This document shows, in pieces, positions 1-12,369 of a DNA stretch of 64,000 bases. Positions within the stretch are counted from its first letter, which is position 1, and each line of letters starts with the position of its first letter. The notes beneath the pieces are model-generated. The model saw nothing but the letters and a program-made list of their open reading frames with translations, did not search any database and was not told the origin of the DNA. This DNA is from Octopus vulgaris. Lineage: Eukaryota. The stretch covers positions 51,336,001 through 51,400,000 of the forward strand of contig OX597827.1 of the NCBI GenBank assembly GCA_951406725.2, given 5' to 3'. The translations under genes and the position numbers were made by a program.

Positions 1-708
1 GGTTCATTAGAATTATCACGAAAATTTTCTTAGATACTCTACTTTAGTTCATTATCATCTTTAATGATAATAGTTCTTGCTTTTTTCTTTTTTTGTTAGC
101 TTTTATTTTTAATGTGAGAAGAGGCTCAATTTTAACTTTTCCATCTACCAATTTTAAATTTGTAACCCTTGCCCATGTAAATCTTCAAGATCTAGAGCTC
201 AACTTTAAGATGGACACTATATTTCAGACCTCTACATCCACTGTAGCTTGTCTCTCAAGAATGATCTTCTTTCTCCTTTTGATCTGTACATAAGGATGCA
301 AATAAAAAATGACATATTTCATTACTCTTTAGACTTCATTAATGATTTTTGGTACAAGGCTGAAAGGCAGTAGTAGTTTCTTTAGCACAAGTTAAACACC
401 ACAGAAGCCAAGATAAGTTCTAACCTAATTGGCCAATAGGCTCAAGACAGACTTTAACATTACACACATGTGCATGCGTGCACCCCCCACCCCACACACA
501 CATGCATGCACATATCTGTGTTGTGTGCATTTTTAATACATGCAATATCTTCAGCAAACAATGGTTAAAAAAAAACTGGAATGAGTCAAAATATGGTTCA
601 TTGCTAATTTAACTCAAACGTGGTAAATGACTGAAAGTATTTATGCATTATGGAGATGTACTTGCATAGCAAGTGATTTGATCTGAGATCGTGTGCTGAA
701 ACAAAAAC

Positions 709-971
709 AATTGCATCGTGGAAGGTGTTTATAAGCCATTTAAGAAATACACAAAAGCCGTTCGATTCACTTCAACATTTAAGTTTAATTTGTCAAAATA
801 TTTTCGTCGCTTTAAGACCGTGACCTGTTCAGCATGGATTTTTGTCAGTGAACAGGTCACGGTCTTAAAGTGACAAAAATATTTTGACAAATTAAACTTA
901 AATGTTGAAGTGAATCGAATGGCTTTTGTGTGTTTCTTAAATGGCTTACAAACACCTTCCACACTGCAATT
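709..971. repeat. 263-bp near-perfect palindrome (arms 709-831 and 849-971), probably inverted Penelope-like pLTRs
   Basis: The arms are reverse complements with few mismatches and a 17-nt spacer. Each arm carries an HHR-like motif. Confidence 0.85.
841..891 (+). ncRNA. Minimal type-I hammerhead-like motif with G3:C8 core
   Basis: TTTGTCA-GTGAACA-G-GTCAC(ggtcttaaa)GTGAC-AAAA-ATATTT-TGACAAA. Stem I is 7 bp, stem II is 5 bp and stem III is palindromic. G12 is A here but G in the mirror arm (789-832, minus). Confidence 0.55.
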
Positions 972-1324
972 ATTTATGCATTGAACTTTTGAAAGTTTGG
1001 ATTCCATTCTCGGGATAGTTCCAACTGCAGTTTCTATAGCTTTTTCTAGATGATAATGGCTGACTCTATGAAGACTATCTTGATAAGAGTTGATTACTAA
1101 GCCTTAGTAGCCAGTGTAGCATATGCTATGGGTCATACATCTTCAAGGCATCTGTGCTAAATGTATGCAAACTGGCAATTCTGATTCCATAATTCTGCCC
1201 ATGTTGTATTTCATTTTTTTTCTTGAGCCCTAAGACTCATAAGGCTGGTTACCCTGTTTCCATGGCAATATATGTGACCAAAATCACAGCATTTTCCAGA
1301 ACAGAGCACTGGACTATTGCAGGA

Positions 1325-1530
1325 CACAAGGCCAGCAATTTTTGAAGGGAGGGTGATCAGTCAAGTATATTGAGCCCAGTGCTCAACAGGTATTTTATTT
1401 TATCAACCTTGAATGGATGAATGGTAAAATTGACCTTGGTGGGGTTTGAATTCAGAATTTAGGTAACTGGAAGAAATGCCACAAGGCATTTTGTTCGATA
1501 TGCTAATGATTCTACCTGCTCTCCACCAAT
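1325..1530 (-). mobile_element. Old tRNA-derived SINE (family 1)
   Basis: Diverged match to the copies at 30945-31152 and 32828-33030. Confidence 0.65.
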
Positions 1531-2599
1531 ATGCTGTATTACTATAGAACTGTACTGTTTCCAACTTTTGTGAATGACTGGGTGTTTAAGGTTGATCCAA
1601 TACTTGGAATACTTCTGACATCCAATAAACTTTAAACAAATTGCAACAATTGAATGGCATTGGTAAATAAACAGATATACTTAATTTTCGTTGATTGCTA
1701 ATTAATATGCTTGCCATTCTATTTCTCTTTTAGATTCATACAATAATTTAATTAGGTTTAATTATTATTATCATACAAAAATTGAAATTAATTATTTTTT
1801 CATAAATAAAATCTGTTTAATAAATCATGTTTACATTTGTATATTATAGACTCTGTAATGCTAGCCATTCATTTAAAATTAGATTGAGATTATTAAATGA
1901 GTCAGAAACATTCTATTGTGTGCAGTTTCTATTTTAACATTATGTTGTTCTATAAGGCTATAGCACAAATAACAAGTTTAAATTAAAATAATCACATTTT
2001 CAACATTAAAACAAACTTTCATTATATTTAGGTTAGTTTATCAAGACAATATCCAACTTGTGCATTTTAGATGTTTTAATAACAATGATATATTTATAAG
2101 TGAATTTGTGTAGTGGAGCATTTAAGCTTTGCATTAAGTTTGGTTTTGGAATGAAATAAGAATCTAGATAATTCCACAGGTAAAGGTTCATGAATTCAAC
2201 ATACATGAAACAATTGGTAAAGAATGTTTGCAGGTTTCATGTATATCCTGAATGTTGGCAGTTAATAGCTGTTCATTAATAAAGTTCATTCAACCTCAGA
2301 TAGCCAGTTCAAACATATCATATATTTATAGATCTTTGAGGAATGCTGCTTTTAGTTTGGATTTTCTTACAGATGAAATCCATGATGAGGGATGGAATGC
2401 TAACATAATTCACTATTTTTAAGCTATAGTTTTCCAGTGTCAACTATCAAACTGATTCAAATACATCAAGTAGTGAATACATATCAAACTTATAATAAAC
2501 AGTGGAACCCTTTTATTAATTTTGATTACGCCCACCTCATGCTAACTGATTTGTGCACATTGTTCTTTTAAATATGCATAAAAGTAATTATATCCACAA

Positions 2600-4270
2600 C
2601 TGTAATAATTACATAAAAGTAATAATAATTTGGCTCATTGATGGAATACACATATAGCAGACCAACGACCCTCACCATTGCCACCATATGCTAGCTGAGC
2701 AACATCTATTTTTGATTAGCAGACTAAATCTGTAAATAAATTTCTAAACTAAGAGAAGTCAAAAAACTAAGTAGGTTGTGATTACTATCATGTTATTAAA
2801 TAAAAGTTTAGATGCATTTTGGCTTTTATTTCAACCAAAACCTAAATATTTTATCAAATTATAATAAAGGAAAATAGTATTGACGTAAAAGATTGTCTCA
2901 GTCAAAGACAACAACATGAGTAGCAAGTATTGGAGTTTACAACCAAAAATTAAAGAACTGAAAGGGTTGTCAAGAAGCATTCATTTTCTCTGAATTTGGT
3001 CAAAGCCTGAGACCATTTCCATTTCATTCTGTGTGCATAGGTTTCTTGTTCTTTTTTTACACAGGTGCTACAAAGGTACTAAAATTAGCAAAAATTCCTA
3101 TTTTATTTATTTATTCCTCCCTCCCCCAAATTAATGAGATTTTTGTAATTAACATCTAAAACTATATCTGTGGAGATAATTTCCCAAAAGTTAAGTGTAG
3201 TATATCAAATAACAAAGATCAAAAGCCTATACACTTTTCTCTGCTTCTCTCTGTTGGCGGGATCTCTTTTATGCGGTAGTATCTGATTGTGGTGTTCACT
3301 TGACCATTGTAAAGAATGTCAGATACTAGGTGGTCAGCTTGTACAGATGCAACAAAAGTACTTTTACACAGGTTTTCTTTGAACTAAAACATGGATTAGA
3401 GGATGTTTCAAATCACAATGATTACAAGAGGAAATGTATACAACAGGCTTGGGGACTACTTTGAGACATGATAAAGTTGAAAACAAGAATGATGGTCATA
3501 TCGTAGGATCAAGTATTGCTCCTTTGCAATATTCTGGCTATGACTGGAACACAGCTTGTGCATTTTATGAATCTTTGGATATAATAAAGCTATGTGTGTT
3601 TTCATACACTGAGATAAAGATCAAGAATTTAGTTGAGTGTAAAAATTGTTGACTACAAACATGAAGAGAACACAAGCAAAATGACAAGCATAATGAATTC
3701 AGTGGTTCTAGCATTCTTCATCCATTTGTTAAATTTCAAACACTCCAGAAGATTAGATGCCAAACATTTCTTGCCATTTTTTATAACTTGCTTTCTGCCC
3801 TGTCAAAATGCTTGGAAGCTTATCAAAAGGTGAATAGGGAATTTAGATTCTTTTCTTAGTTACAGTGGTTTACACCCAAAGGAGTTTGATGTAAAGAGTT
3901 CACCAACTTTTGTCACACCATATTTAGAAGATTTGGAAGGAAGTCCTGGCAAAGAATTTATACTGCTTAATAAACTGTTTAATACAATTCTTTACAGATT
4001 TGGCTTTATGAATATAGAAAATTGCCTTATGCATCTATTTGTCACACATGGTTACTAACTGCAGTGGAAAGTGTTCATTTTCAAAAGTCCTAGGTATTTA
4101 AAATAAATTAAGTACCACCATGGGCATATACAGATTGAACAATCTCACTAAAGAGCTTTGAACATGTCTTTATGAGTGAAATAAACGTTTCCAGTATCAC
4201 CAACAGATTTGCTTAAGTAAATCTAGAAAATGCAACATTTAGATTTGTATTTTTACTAAGCAATTAATTT
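2600..4270 (+). pseudogene. Heavily decayed hAT transposase
   Basis: SDTRWSA motif at ~3320. hAT dimerisation-domain remnant VTNCSGKCSFSK...TMG..RLNNL at ~4052-4150. Many stops and frameshifts. Confidence 0.55.
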
Positions 4271-5736
4271 GTTTTTGATTTTTTTAAAATTTAGGTTCCC
4301 TTTGTAATATATGCAACAGATTCCACTCTAGCTTAACTCAGCCCTACTTTGAGCACCATTGTCTTTTGGACTGCAGTACAAAAATAGTTCTAAGGTTAGA
4401 TAGTATGAGTTATGTTATGACATTTTGTAGTCATCAGTGTGTTTTTTTTGTGGACTGTTCATTATCAGCTGCAATAATTCTGAGAGTTTTCCTTTCTCAG
4501 TTGACTGAAGAAACTAAGTGAAGCATTCAGTCATATGTATCTGCCTATTTGCAGCTTTCTAGAGCCTGCTAACCCTTTTAAAAAAAACTTGATTAGCTGG
4601 TGAGATATAGTTTGGTATACACCAGCTATAAACCCAAATTTTCAAGCTAATATTTTCATAGTTATTGTTAGTATTGAGATATTTAATACATAGAGCCTTA
4701 AAAATCTAACTAGAAATAATTATGTGAAAAGAAAAAAAAAGCACAAAAAAACAATATTAGTCAATGAATAATATTTTAATTAATTTGGAAAATATGGGAG
4801 GCAACTCCAGGTATGTTTTGTTTTCAATGACCTCATCAGTGAAGCATAGATTTTGCCTTTCTGGCCAAAGTAGTGAGAGAAGAATCACAGATAGTGTTTC
4901 TGAGTTTTTTTATTCTCATATGGTCATAGATAATGCATTATTCAAAGACAATTTCTAAAATGCATTTTATGGTTAGAAGATGGCTTTTCTGATTGATTCA
5001 AATGTTACCTCCAGTTTTCTGCTCAAGCTTATTGCATATATAACAAATATTACAAACAAACATACTCTATATCTTAACATAAAGCATTCTGATATTGTAT
5101 ATGCTTATATTTCAAACTGTATAAGGATTTCTGATAAAGGGCATTGTGATAAATAGTTTTCTTCTATAAAAACTAAAGTATAATTTCATACAAGGTAACA
5201 AATTAATTTAATAAATAATACTTATGATAGAATATTGTAATGAAAGAAATACATCATCATTATAATAGAATATCTTGTATCAGAAACATGATGTAATACA
5301 GCATCAGAATGTCAGACAGTAATTGGAGAGAACTCTACCAAATTTTCTTGAGACAAAATCAACAGAGATCTCCCCAGAATTTCACATCCCAAATCAGTTT
5401 GAGTTGAGACCATTCTGCCACTTCAACAGAAATTGCAACATTAAACTTCTACTGGGGCCACCAACACCTTTGTAGTATATTATAATACAATATCTTAATA
5501 GTATGCCACGATAAAGTAGCTTGTAGTGTTGGAGTCTGTATCACAGATAGGTTTTATCATAGATTTTGGCAGTAGCTTCCTAATAAAATACATAAGGTTG
5601 TTGTTTAGCCCAAGATCAGCATTAATCAAGTAGAGTTATGATCAAAAACATTTAAGCTGTTATCTTTCCATATATTTAGAGGTATCTAGAACAACAATAT
5701 TCTTATTCTTAGTTAAGACAGAAAGATGTGTTTTAA

Positions 5737-5960
5737 CCCTTTAACATTTAAACTGTCCAAATTCGGCCGGCCCAGATATTCTATCCATTTTATGTTTGAA
5801 TTGGCCAGATCTGGCTTCTCACACTTACCTTACAATGTCACTCTAAAAATATATACAATCACATCATTGAATTATCAAGACACAAGATAATACGTAATTA
5901 ATTCAAAGCCATGTGAATAATAGGTATTACCTTTGACTAAGTAATTTGAATGCTTAAGGG
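5737..5960. mobile_element. piggyBac-like MITE
   Basis: TTAA on both flanks. Imperfect TIR CCCTTTAACATTTAAA...TTTGAATGCTTAAGGG. Confidence 0.75.
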
Positions 5961-7600
5961 TTAAAAGCAATTTGGCTGCTATTTCTAGATATTTAAGTGA
6001 CTATATGGAGGCTTCCTAGTTGGCACAAATATACAAGGTTGGGTACTATAGTGTATTCTAATATAGTATCATCTACTATGAATCATGATAATATAGGGAT
6101 CAGAGTACTATGATTATTTTGATAAAGAAAATGAAACACAACATATTTCAATATAAAAACAATATTAAATATGTTTTATTGTGAAGTAAGAAAGGTTGAA
6201 TAGTGTTGTCATACAGTGCCCTATGTATTATAATGTCTTGAGATGTAGCTGAAAGAGGTAGTGTCTTTATGATATAAAGAGCTATCATTCAGAGCTATTT
6301 CTCCACAAGTTAAGATTATGTATTACAGTAAGTACGATAATATAATATAGGAAATGCTGGATATACTTCACGTTTTCTGCACTACTTATAATTACCCTAT
6401 CATTTAAAAATAGCAGTTATTTTATAAAATCAGATTTACATGTACCTCATTATAATGTTTAACACACCATTTCAATATTCAATCCATGCTACTGGAATCA
6501 ATATATTTTAAAGTGAATTAATTCCTAGAGCAGTTAAAAGATTGTGAAAGCCATATTTTCAAACAAGAATTTAGAATAGTTTTTAGTTAAACAAATTGTA
6601 GATAAAACCATGTTCTCTGGTGGCTTTCTTCATTATTAGGATATCAATTTGGGTTATATTATAATTTTAGTTTTATCTGAAACAAATGATACATAAAGAC
6701 TAAATAATTTATCCCAAATGAACAATACATTATGAAAGATGATATCTAAGTTAAATATGATAGCTGAGATGTATAACAAAGTTAAACTAAGTATCACAGT
6801 TGAGCCATATAACATAACACAGCTGAAAGGTTTCCACATTTTAACTAAATATGTAAGTCTGTAAATTTGTATATGAAAAAAGTATGCACATGTTCATATG
6901 TGCAGTGAAATGTATACATACAAATGGTTGGCACTAGAAATAACATTCCCCCATAGGGATCACCAAAATAGATCACATTAAGTTAATAGATTACAAATTC
7001 AAAGTACTATGCAAGTACTGTAGCCATGTCACTGGAAGAAGTTATAAAATTTAAAAAAGAAATTTATCTGTTGTATGCAAGGGATCTAAGGATAAAAATT
7101 GAAGAATATACATCTGTGAATATAGGAAAAATTTCTACAACAATATCTGATAATTTGTAATATTTTCTGTGATAACAGTCAACATGTTATGGAGTTAGAC
7201 TGGACATATGGTCACTCAGTAATGAGAGTTAATGAAATTTAAAGCTGTTCTTTTTTTTATATCTGGACAAAATCTCATTCAACAAAAATTAGAAAATGTC
7301 ACCTAATATTCATGTCTGACTTTCAATTTATTTTGGGAGTCAAAATTGATGAAAACAAAAGTGAACTAGTTTCCTCAGCTTATTGGTAGTGATATTGTAT
7401 TTAATTATGCAACTATAATATACTACAAAGTATATTAAACCTTTTTATAAGTCAATACTCTGCTCTACTGTGTTAGCACTTATTAAGGTTGTCTCTACAG
7501 ATTTTCATAACAAAATCAGTGCTGGCAATAATTTCTATAGAAAATCTGGAGAGGTAACCTTAACCAGTGGTCCTCAGTTTATATGCCCACCTGTGGCACT

Positions 7601-10600
7601 TTACAAACACATATATTTACTGACAGGAGGATATTCGTCACTTGTGGATGCTGTTGCTGGAGCAATATTGCTTTTATTGTCTTGTGATCGATTAACTAAT
7701 GATCCTGTGTTTACCGCTTCTGTTGAAGTTTCATTACCTTTCTGCAATGTTTGAACATTACCACCACAGTTTTCATTACAGCTACTGCCGATGTTGTTGC
7801 TGTTGTTATTAGAATTATTATTGGAACAAATGTGAGAGGAAATATGTTCAGAATTAGAATGAATAATTTGGATAGGTTGTGATGGTAAAGATGGTACTTT
7901 TATATTATGAGTGCGTTTATGTCTTTGCAAAGCATCTCTACGGGAAAATTGCTTAGGGCAAATCTCGCAGTGATATGGTTTTTCACCAGTATGAATTCTT
8001 GCATGAATACGCAAATAGTCTCTCTGGGAAAACTGTTTCAGACAAATCTCACAGTGGTAAGGTTTTTCTCCAGTATGTGACCTCCTGTGTACAGCTAGTG
8101 TATTTTTACGTGCAAATCTCTGCCCACAAAATTCACATTCAAATGGACGTTCACCTGTGTGAATACGCTGATGTACAACCAAATAGTCCTTTTGCACGAA
8201 CTGCTTGAAGCAAACGTTACATTGATAAGGGCATATCAAAGGCTGATTCTGTTGAACTTGCAAAGTATTTTGTTGTGGGAAATGTTTTGGACTTTGGCTA
8301 TGAGAGAAAGGCTTAAAACCAACGTGCGTTTGCCTATGTATCTGCATTGCAGCTTTCTGTGAAAATTGGGCAGAACAAATTTCACATTTGAATGGCTTAT
8401 TTCCAGTGTGTGAACGTCTGTGTATTACTAAAGTGTCTTTCCGAGAAAACCGTTTTGGACAAAGATCACAGTGGAATGGTTTTTCCCCAGTGTGTATACG
8501 CTTATGTATGACTAGATAGTCCTTTTGTGCAAACTGCTTGAGACACACCTCACACTGGTATGGTTTCTCACCTGAATGACGTACTCTATGTATTTTGAGA
8601 GTATCTCGACGAGCAAAGCTTTTTGAACAGATGTCACAAACAAATCTCTTGATTTTTACTTTCGTCTGAGGATGATGAGACCTTTGATGAGAAAGAAGCT
8701 TATCTCGTTTTATGAAGTTCATCCCACAGAGAGAACAGCTATATGGCTTTTCAAAGGTGTGCTGAGTACGTCGGTGTATTTGAAGTGTCTCACGGCGAGA
8801 AAATTTCTGAATGCAGAAGTCACACTGAAAAGGTTTCTCACCTGTATGTGTTCTGTAGTGTATTTGAAGCTTATCCTTTTGAGAAAATTGCTGAAGACAC
8901 ACATCACACTGGAATTTTTTTTCCCCTGTATGTATCTTGCGGTGGATTTGTAATGTACTCTTTCTTGCAAATGATTTTGAACAAAACTCACATACAAATG
9001 GTCTCTCACCAGTATGGACACGTCTGTGTATCTGCAAATAGTCCCGTTGTGCAAATTTCTTCCAGCAAATATCACAGCTATGTCTCTGTTTTCTAGAACT
9101 GTGTGGATTATTGCTATGTGTTTGTTTATGACTTTCAAGTTTCTGCCGCTTAGCAAACTGCATCCCACACACATCGCATCTGAAAGAGGTTTCACCAGTA
9201 TGAGTCCTTCGATGAATCTGAAGTGTATCTCGCCGAGCAAATTTCTGAATACAAAAATCACACTGATAGGGCTTTTCCCCAGTATGACTGCGCCTGTGAA
9301 TTTTCAGGTAATCTTTTTGAGCAAATGACTGAAGGCATATATCACATTGATATTTTGGTTTATGCTCTTGTGATGATTCCATTTGACAGTGTGATTCATA
9401 GGGCACTTTGTTGTCCTGTTGTTGGTAGTATATTGTTTGTTGTTGTTGTTGAAATTTAGGCTTTTGTTGATCTTTAACACCGTCATGCTGTTTAAAATGA
9501 GTTTTCTGATGAATTTTCAATGTATCTTTTCTAGAGAACTGTTTTTGACATATTTCACAATGGTAGGGTCTTTCCCCAGTATGTAATCTTTTGTGTATCT
9601 GTAGATAGTCTTTCTGAGCAAATTTTTTTAAGCATATATCACAGTGAAATTGTTTCTCCCCAGTGTGAGTACGCTTGTGGATTCGCAAGGTATCCCTACG
9701 ACCAAAGCTTTTAGAACAAACATCACACTGAAATGGTTTTTCCCCAGTATGAATTCTTCGATGAATCTGCATTAAATATTCCTGAACAAACTCCTTTCCA
9801 CAGTAACCACAGAATAGTTGTCTAGGTTTTGTAGTCATGTTAATTTTATTTGTTTCAAGTTGATGCTTCTGATCAACAGTGGCGTCCGAATAGAATGACT
9901 TTGATGATGAAGACATTGCCAATGATAAGTTGGCTTCTGAAGTAGTCAGTTGAGGTTTTTGGTGACAGTGAGGGCTGGCTTGTTTTGCAGATGAATTATT
10001 TGTCATAATATCTTCTGATATAGATGATGATTGTGTTGGTGGTTGTTGTGGGGATACATAACATGGTTGACTAGATGGACTGCCATACATATCATTAAGT
10101 AAAACTGTTTCATTGACCGGAGTTAGTCGAGGTGTTTGAAGACCTGAATCCAATGGAAAGTGTTTGCTCGGGACGTTATTATGCATAGATTTTTCAGCAA
10201 TATTATTTGATGGAGATGAACAAGAACTTGGCTGTTCATGAGAACTGTTTCTACTGTTGCCTTTGTGGTTTCCATCAGTGTTAGCTGCATTACTACTATT
10301 TGAATTGTGCTGCATGTGTTTACCAATTCCATGACTAGATCTTGACATTCCTCTATTTTCTTCATTATGGAAGTGCTGACTGCTGGTACTGTTATGGATT
10401 TGTTTATCTGGCAAATTACTTTGAGAGTTCTGAGAAAAATGTTTCTCGGAAATACTGTGTGACATTCTGTGTGATGGATGGGCCACAAGGTTCTGAACAT
10501 ATTGTTTGCCACCACCATCACTTTGAACATGCTGCCCTTGTTGCATGCTTGACCTCTGAGAAAAATGTTTTCCAGAAACAGATGTATCATTGCTGTGGAT

Positions 10601-10957
10601 TTGTTTTTCAGCAATATGTGATATTCTCTGTGGAGGTAAGGTGTGTCGTGGTAGAAAATCCTTGGGAAAAAGATCTGAGTGAAACACTGAATCAGTTATG
10701 TATGCCATTCTAGGTGTTTCCAAGCAATGCTTCTGAGGGAATTCCTTACCAAACATATCACAGTGAATAGGGTTTTCTGTTATATAGGTTAGTCTTGGTG
10801 TATCTAATCGCTGAGAGAGATCTCTCCCATAAATGTCACAGTAAATTGGTGTTTGATTGCGCTGGTTTATTCTGTGAGTTGCAATGCTATGTCTAGGTGA
10901 ATACTGTTTACTATGAAGACTTCCATGACTGGTTCTGTCACTAACGGATCCATCCAT
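7601..10957 (-). CDS. C2H2 zinc-finger protein, ~1118 aa, 20 intact fingers in 5 clusters (4+3+5+4+4), single coding exon
   Basis: Uninterrupted ORF with repeated CxxC-x12-HxxxH and TGEKP/TGERP linkers. The ORF track starts at GTG 10963. The first ATG is 10957, and an in-frame TAG at 10975-10973 lies upstream. Confidence 0.95.
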   Translation of the reverse strand: MDGSVSDRTSHGSLHSKQYSPRHSIATHRINQRNQTPIYCDIYGRDLSQRLDTPRLTYITENPIHCDMFGKEFPQKHCLETPRMAYITDSVFHSDLFPKDFLPRHTLPPQRISHIAEKQIHSNDTSVSGKHFSQRSSMQQGQHVQSDGGGKQYVQNLVAHPSHRMSHSISEKHFSQNSQSNLPDKQIHNSTSSQHFHNEENRGMSRSSHGIGKHMQHNSNSSNAANTDGNHKGNSRNSSHEQPSSCSSPSNNIAEKSMHNNVPSKHFPLDSGLQTPRLTPVNETVLLNDMYGSPSSQPCYVSPQQPPTQSSSISEDIMTNNSSAKQASPHCHQKPQLTTSEANLSLAMSSSSKSFYSDATVDQKHQLETNKINMTTKPRQLFCGYCGKEFVQEYLMQIHRRIHTGEKPFQCDVCSKSFGRRDTLRIHKRTHTGEKQFHCDICLKKFAQKDYLQIHKRLHTGERPYHCEICQKQFSRKDTLKIHQKTHFKQHDGVKDQQKPKFQQQQQTIYYQQQDNKVPYESHCQMESSQEHKPKYQCDICLQSFAQKDYLKIHRRSHTGEKPYQCDFCIQKFARRDTLQIHRRTHTGETSFRCDVCGMQFAKRQKLESHKQTHSNNPHSSRKQRHSCDICWKKFAQRDYLQIHRRVHTGERPFVCEFCSKSFARKSTLQIHRKIHTGEKKFQCDVCLQQFSQKDKLQIHYRTHTGEKPFQCDFCIQKFSRRETLQIHRRTQHTFEKPYSCSLCGMNFIKRDKLLSHQRSHHPQTKVKIKRFVCDICSKSFARRDTLKIHRVRHSGEKPYQCEVCLKQFAQKDYLVIHKRIHTGEKPFHCDLCPKRFSRKDTLVIHRRSHTGNKPFKCEICSAQFSQKAAMQIHRQTHVGFKPFSHSQSPKHFPQQNTLQVQQNQPLICPYQCNVCFKQFVQKDYLVVHQRIHTGERPFECEFCGQRFARKNTLAVHRRSHTGEKPYHCEICLKQFSQRDYLRIHARIHTGEKPYHCEICPKQFSRRDALQRHKRTHNIKVPSLPSQPIQIIHSNSEHISSHICSNNNSNNNSNNIGSSCNENCGGNVQTLQKGNETSTEAVNTGSLVNRSQDNKSNIAPATASTSDEYPPVSKYMCL

Positions 10958-11106
10958 ATCCACAGGATGTTTCTAGTGTCTATGTAAGAAATATATCAGT
11001 CATTTTATTAATCATCTCAAATTGATCCAAGATTAAACTGAACCTATAACGCTCTTTTATGACAGTTCAGAATAGAAATTCTTTCTCCAAAGGCATTATT
11101 TGAAAA

Positions 11107-11130
11107 CCTGAAAAGAAGAAAATAGTCAAA
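11107..11130 (-). promoter_or_regulatory. Splice acceptor of the ZNF coding exon (exon begins 11107)
   Basis: Minus strand reads tttgactattttcttcttttcag|gttttca: a polypyrimidine tract plus CAG, 150 nt upstream of the ATG. Confidence 0.75.
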
Positions 11131-11525
11131 TAAGTCGAGGATTGATGAGTGGTGATACATCTAAAATTAAGTAAAAGAATATAAATATAGCTGTCAACCT
11201 TATTGTTTTAATAAGTGAATATAAAATGATATTCAGAAATAAAAACAAGAAATAATATGACCAGCAGAAAGGGCAGAGCATCAGTCTAAATGAATTGTCA
11301 CATTCAATTTCATCGCTCTTTTGTTATGTCTCAAGTTCAAATTTCATTAGAGTTACTATTTCACATTTCTAGTCTTTCACTAGTTTCAGTCATTGAACTG
11401 TGGTCATGCTGAAGCACTACCTTCAAAGGTTTTAATTGATTACATTAACCTCCACCCACAATATTTATTTTAATTTAGTACTTATTTTATTGATCTCTTT
11501 TGGATGGCTAAGTTAACTTTTGATT

Positions 11526-11860
11526 TATCATCATCATTGTTCAACCATGGTCGAGACAATGGAATTTACTATGCTACGCCAGACTTCACGGTCCATCATA
11601 GCATTACGGAGGTCCTGTTACTGGATGCTTGTATCCCTGGAGATTACATCAGGGTAGGAGAGTGTGCGCTCTCTAGTATCACGAGCAGATGGCTTCCAGA
11701 GGAGAAGAGTAGAAATTATCTCATTTTCAGTTCTACAACAATATCCAGCAAGCTGGACTCTTCTACCTTTCACAAGAGATGATACAGGTGGTAGTTTCCC
11801 ATATATTTGTACTTTGGTTGGATGGTGCTTCCACGAGAGATTTTGATTTATAGAGATGCA
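11526..11860 (-). mobile_element. RTE-type LINE 3' fragment
   Basis: Minus strand gives AGYCCR..ISTLLLWKP..YPDVISRDT..DLRNAMMDREVWRSIV, followed by an (ATG)n tail. Confidence 0.6.
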
Positions 11861-12369
11861 GCTTGATACACTATATTATATTGGTAAACACACACACACA
11901 CATTGAGTAGACTTCTGCACAGTTTACATCTACCAAATTCTGCTTGTACAGCATTGTTAAGTCCAAAGCTACGCTAGCAACTACTTGCCCAAAATGCCAT
12001 GCATTGAAATCGAATCTGAAATCATGTGATAATTTCAGATTAATCACACGGTTGCGCCTTGTGCCCTAGTTATTTTGCTTTTTACTCCTAGTATTTGAAA
12101 ATATAAATTTATAAATTTGATTTGCAAGATTCCCGATGTGAAAGTGTGTGTTGAAACAGATATGACAGAATGGACTAAACAGAACAGGGGGGATACACGT
12201 GGATGGAAGAGTTGCTGAAGAGGCCACAAATGTATGTCAAAAGATTTCCAGATAATGGACATAAGATAAAATAAGAACAATAATAAATGAGTGAAGAATG
12301 AATATATAGTGCATGTTGTTATTTGGCAAGAAGAAAAAAAAATGACCATCCCGAAATATAACAATGAGA

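Noticed and set aside
7470-10713. Short ORFs overlapping or antisense to the 20-finger CDS
   Set aside because: They are shadow frames of the repetitive ZNF sequence with no recognisable motifs.
10958-10963. GTG start (and TTG start at 59526) given by the ORF track
   Set aside because: These are eukaryotic genes with in-frame ATGs a few codons downstream.
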